IMG/VR virus record: IMGVR_UViG_3300025458_000007 | Span: 1 to 36,934 of that record | Length of the DNA: 36,934 nt | Origin: a virus | Taxonomy: Duplodnaviria; Caudoviricetes | Strand: one strand, 5' to 3' | Position numbers and translations under genes: made by a program | Notes under the pieces: generated by a model | Told to the model about the DNA's origin: nothing | The model's input: the letters and a program-made list of their open reading frames with translations, nothing else | The model's database searches: none | Shown: positions 34,683 through 36,934 of the stretch, in pieces | Position numbering within the stretch: position 1 is the stretch's first letter | How the letters are laid out: each line of letters begins with the position of its first letter

Positions 34683-36319
34683 CCTTGGTTAAGCTCCATA
34701 GGAGACTGCGCTAACTGTACGTTATAAATTTCTTTGTCGCTTTCAACCTGGAACTCCCAGTCCGTACCCAACCCAGAAGGGAGGCGCTGTAGCGCTCCGT
34801 CGGTTACTGATATGTTTACTATTTGAGTACCATCGCGCCACACTTTAGTAGTTACAGGGTACGCCTCGGCTTGTACTCGGTAGCAGGTGAACCCTTTTGG
34901 CTCTGGGAAGGTAAACTTCTTAGACTTCCATGTGTAGGATAGGTCTGTACCAGTGTTCCATTTAGATAACTCGTTACCTACAATAAGGTACAGCGTGTCG
35001 TGGCGGAGGTCGTTGTAACCTCCAGTGGCTACGATGCTGTGGTAGTTCCAAGTTTTGGCTTTCATATCATATATGAAACCTTTGTTCGCCCCCGGTGCTG
35101 CGGGAAGAAACCCTATGTACTGGTCCTCATGACGCTGCCCTATTAGCCCTTCGGGGCCAATGGCTTGCCATGCTTCTTTATCGTACATAGACTCTGTTAT
35201 AACGTTTGAGCCTCCAGCAGACAACCCAACTAAACCGTCGGGAGCCGCGTAGAACACATGTTTGTTCATAACGACAATACTTTTCTTGGATATACAAGAC
35301 TGGTTAACGTCGGCTTCAATCATAACCATAGCGTCCGGGTGCGAACCCTGGATGAAGTACGGTCGCCCTTTAGTCATAACAACCAAAGTAGTATCAACAA
35401 CTGCAAGGCCCACAACAGGGTACCCTACAGTTTGCATGTATTGCACCGGCCAGGCAAAAGGCCTGTAAGGTTCCGAGAAGTAAATGTCGTTCCCTTTAAA
35501 ACCAGCCATGACTCCGTTAGGCAAACCAACTAAACCTTCCATGTCCGCTTTAGGGTGCATCCAAGTTAAAGAAGGTATCACTTCGTTAAGCGCATCACCT
35601 GCTATGTTATCTACGTAAGTCGTTGTAGTCACAGGTACTTCCGCTACGAAGAAGAACGATGAGTCTGAAGTACCTGCCGCTGAACGGTAAATTCGTTTCT
35701 TAGTGACGTTGTAGTTGCCCGTAGGAGCTGTAGGCATAGTGACCGTTACTGTCTCGCCCGTGTAAATAGTTTCTGTAGAGCTTGCCATGCTGGTGGCTGA
35801 GTAAGGAGTAGACTCCTCGCCCCAAGAGTTAACGTATGTAAAGGTGTACACTCTGGTTTCCGCCGGGGTGTCTGTATCGGGGGTTCCGGCCTTAGCCGTA
35901 GAGAATCCTGCCCCTGTCGGTTCTGGAACGCCTAGTGTGTAAGACGTAATCGGATACAAATCACCGCCGCCTGTTAGGGCCATTGAGTTATTAGTAACTT
36001 TTGGAACACCGTCTCCAGTGTAGTACGTTCTCTCTGTAACGTCACCTGCGATGAAACCTTGCACGACATCTACGTCTGCAGTCCAGTGAAACCAGTACTG
36101 TTTCTCATCTGTTTCGTTTTGGCCGAAACGGTAGATTGATTTAATAGTGCCTGTTTTAGTAAGAGGTGAAGGGGTTACGGTTGAAGTGCCTTTAATAGGC
36201 TGCAACGAACCAAGCCACACAGAGCAGTTCAACGCTGTCTGCGCTGCGTCGTTACCTAGGTAACGTGGAGGTGTCATAGGAGACACGCCTGAGAATTTAC
36301 TTACCGTTATTACTGCCAC
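34679..36319 (-). CDS. Podovirus tail/stabilisation (nozzle-like) structural protein
   Basis: FSGVSP..PPRYL....AQ.A.NC start, R.Y.FTYVNSWGEES.P, RIYRS, FSEPYRPFAWP, Y.WKSKKF; GTG start with GAGG SD. Confidence 0.75.
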   Translation of the reverse strand: MAVITVSKFSGVSPMTPPRYLGNDAAQTALNCSVWLGSLQPIKGTSTVTPSPLTKTGTIKSIYRFGQNETDEKQYWFHWTADVDVVQGFIAGDVTERTYYTGDGVPKVTNNSMALTGGGDLYPITSYTLGVPEPTGAGFSTAKAGTPDTDTPAETRVYTFTYVNSWGEESTPYSATSMASSTETIYTGETVTVTMPTAPTGNYNVTKKRIYRSAAGTSDSSFFFVAEVPVTTTTYVDNIAGDALNEVIPSLTWMHPKADMEGLVGLPNGVMAGFKGNDIYFSEPYRPFAWPVQYMQTVGYPVVGLAVVDTTLVVMTKGRPYFIQGSHPDAMVMIEADVNQSCISKKSIVVMNKHVFYAAPDGLVGLSAGGSNVITESMYDKEAWQAIGPEGLIGQRHEDQYIGFLPAAPGANKGFIYDMKAKTWNYHSIVATGGYNDLRHDTLYLIVGNELSKWNTGTDLSYTWKSKKFTFPEPKGFTCYRVQAEAYPVTTKVWRDGTQIVNISVTDGALQRLPSGLGTDWEFQVESDKEIYNVQLAQSPMELNQG

Positions 36320-36347
36320 TGTCTACCTCAAATAATTAAACAAAGGG

Positions 36348-36494
36348 CTATCCTGTAGTATCGTCCCCTCTACTTTTATTTATTATAGCACTTAATTCGT
36401 CAGCCAGGTCCCAATAAGACTCGTCTTCTTCTCGTGCTTGTTCGTATAGTACTAGGATTACATCACGTAGTACTGCTTCTAATTCTTCACTCAT
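36348..36494 (-). CDS. 48-aa acidic hypothetical protein (MSEELEAVLRDVILVLYEQAREEDESYWDLADELSAIINKSRGDDTTG)
   Basis: Translated by hand; co-oriented with its neighbours; weak SD. Confidence 0.5.
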   Translation of the reverse strand: MSEELEAVLRDVILVLYEQAREEDESYWDLADELSAIINKSRGDDTTG

Positions 36495-36569
36495 TTTAAT
36501 TTGGTGCCCGCTAGGGTGTACAAGGGTGAGGAGAGTAGTAGCTAGCAGGCGCCTCCTATTATAACGGTT

Positions 36570-36746
36570 TTACTCAGGTAAAGCACAATTACAATCGCAC
36601 AATTGAGGTTGGTTCATCATTTGCATAGAACCTTGCATCATTTGCTGTGGCATCTGAAACATTTGATTAAAGAACGCCATAGAAGCTAGACTAATTGTTA
36701 CACCTACTGCGAAAACTATAACGCATTTACTAATCTTGTCTATCAT
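36570..36746 (-). CDS. 58-aa signal-peptide-bearing Met/Gln-rich peptide with CxCxC
   Basis: MIDKISKCVIVFAVGVTISLASMA-FFNQMFQMPQQMMQGSMQMMNQPQLCDCNCALPE; AAGGAG upstream; overlaps the end of the upstream ORF. Confidence 0.65.
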   Translation of the reverse strand: MIDKISKCVIVFAVGVTISLASMAFFNQMFQMPQQMMQGSMQMMNQPQLCDCNCALPE

Positions 36747-36879
36747 TTTTAGAAGGCTCCTTGAAGAATACTCTCTCAGCGTGTTCTGATTGTTTACCTG
36801 GGTTAAAACTACTTATAGGCCTATGGTAGCCCATAACGCGAGTCCATATTTCACATTTAGTTCTTTCAGAATTATTCAT
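36730..36879 (-). CDS. Stand-alone glycyl-radical peptide resembling the C-terminus of class III ribonucleotide reductase NrdD (49 aa)
   Basis: MNNSERTKCEIWTRVMGYHRPISSFNPGKQSEHAERVFFKEPSKNDRQD: RVxGY loop plus the NrdD-type RP...(F/W)N.GK..E...R tail; purine-rich SD and TAATG coupling. Confidence 0.82.
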   Translation of the reverse strand: MNNSERTKCEIWTRVMGYHRPISSFNPGKQSEHAERVFFKEPSKNDRQD

Positions 36880-36934
36880 TACTTCCCTTCCTTGTTTTTA
36901 TTACTTAACATCATATTCTCTACAACCCTTGATG
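36879..36934 (-). CDS. 3' end of an upstream gene (partial, ...SRVVENMMLSNKNKEGK*)
   Basis: Frame open to the window edge; its TAA overlaps the next ATG. Confidence 0.45.
   Translation of the reverse strand, partial: SRVVENMMLSNKNKEGK

Larger units (their letters stand above)
1..36934. mobile_element. Segment of a tailed dsDNA bacteriophage genome (podovirus-like), with convergent early/replication (+) and virion (-) arms
   Basis: Dense co-oriented overlapping ORFs with AGGAG-type SD sites. Phage PolA, VRR-NUC, SNF2 and primase-helicase module; tail fibre, ejection proteins and a giant PLxRFG protein. No host housekeeping genes and no tape measure gene in the window. Confidence 0.96.

Noticed and set aside
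17574-35533. The many + strand ORFs of 60-180 aa opposite the virion genes
   Set aside because: Antisense shadows of long - strand genes, with no SD sites or recognisable motifs.
1-36934. Alternative genetic code or stop-codon reassignment
   Set aside because: The standard code gives long intact genes at high density, and TAA, TAG and TGA all end genes at sensible boundaries.
36879-36934. Holin identity for the truncated right-edge gene
   Set aside because: Only 17 codons are visible, too few to assign.

Overview
The window is a 36.9-kb internal segment of a tailed dsDNA phage genome, probably a podovirus, with two convergent arms. The + strand arm (1-17326) starts with an early/accessory region: a DUF3150-like protein, an HExxH metallopeptidase-vWA protein, an Nmad5-like protein, and several small HTH and membrane proteins. 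A replication module follows: family A DNA polymerase, Cas4-like exonuclease, VRR-NUC, HNH, DUF3310, SNF2 helicase, AlpA-like regulator, two tandem SSB-like proteins and a primase-DUF927 helicase fusion. The - strand arm (17597-36934) is virion morphogenesis: a 2861-aa polyvalent PLxRFG ejection protein, two internal virion proteins, a GNAT, tail accessory proteins, a 1435-aa repetitive tail fibre and a tail/stabilisation protein, followed by small ORFs. The most notable items are absent from the supplied ORF track. (1) A 49-aa stand-alone glycyl-radical peptide (TRVMGYHRP, NrdD C-terminus-like) may be a phage spare part for anaerobic ribonucleotide reductase. (2) A densely base-paired ~270-nt element lies at the convergence of the two arms. 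(3) The palindrome AGTCCAC-Y-GTGGACT occurs at three module boundaries. (4) An SD-led overprinted ORF is nested in the giant gene. (5) GATC is almost absent. Also notable, two dissimilar SSB-like proteins share one acidic tail. All family assignments come from motif recognition by eye, with no database search. I saw no tRNA, rRNA, CRISPR array, integrase or reverse transcriptase.
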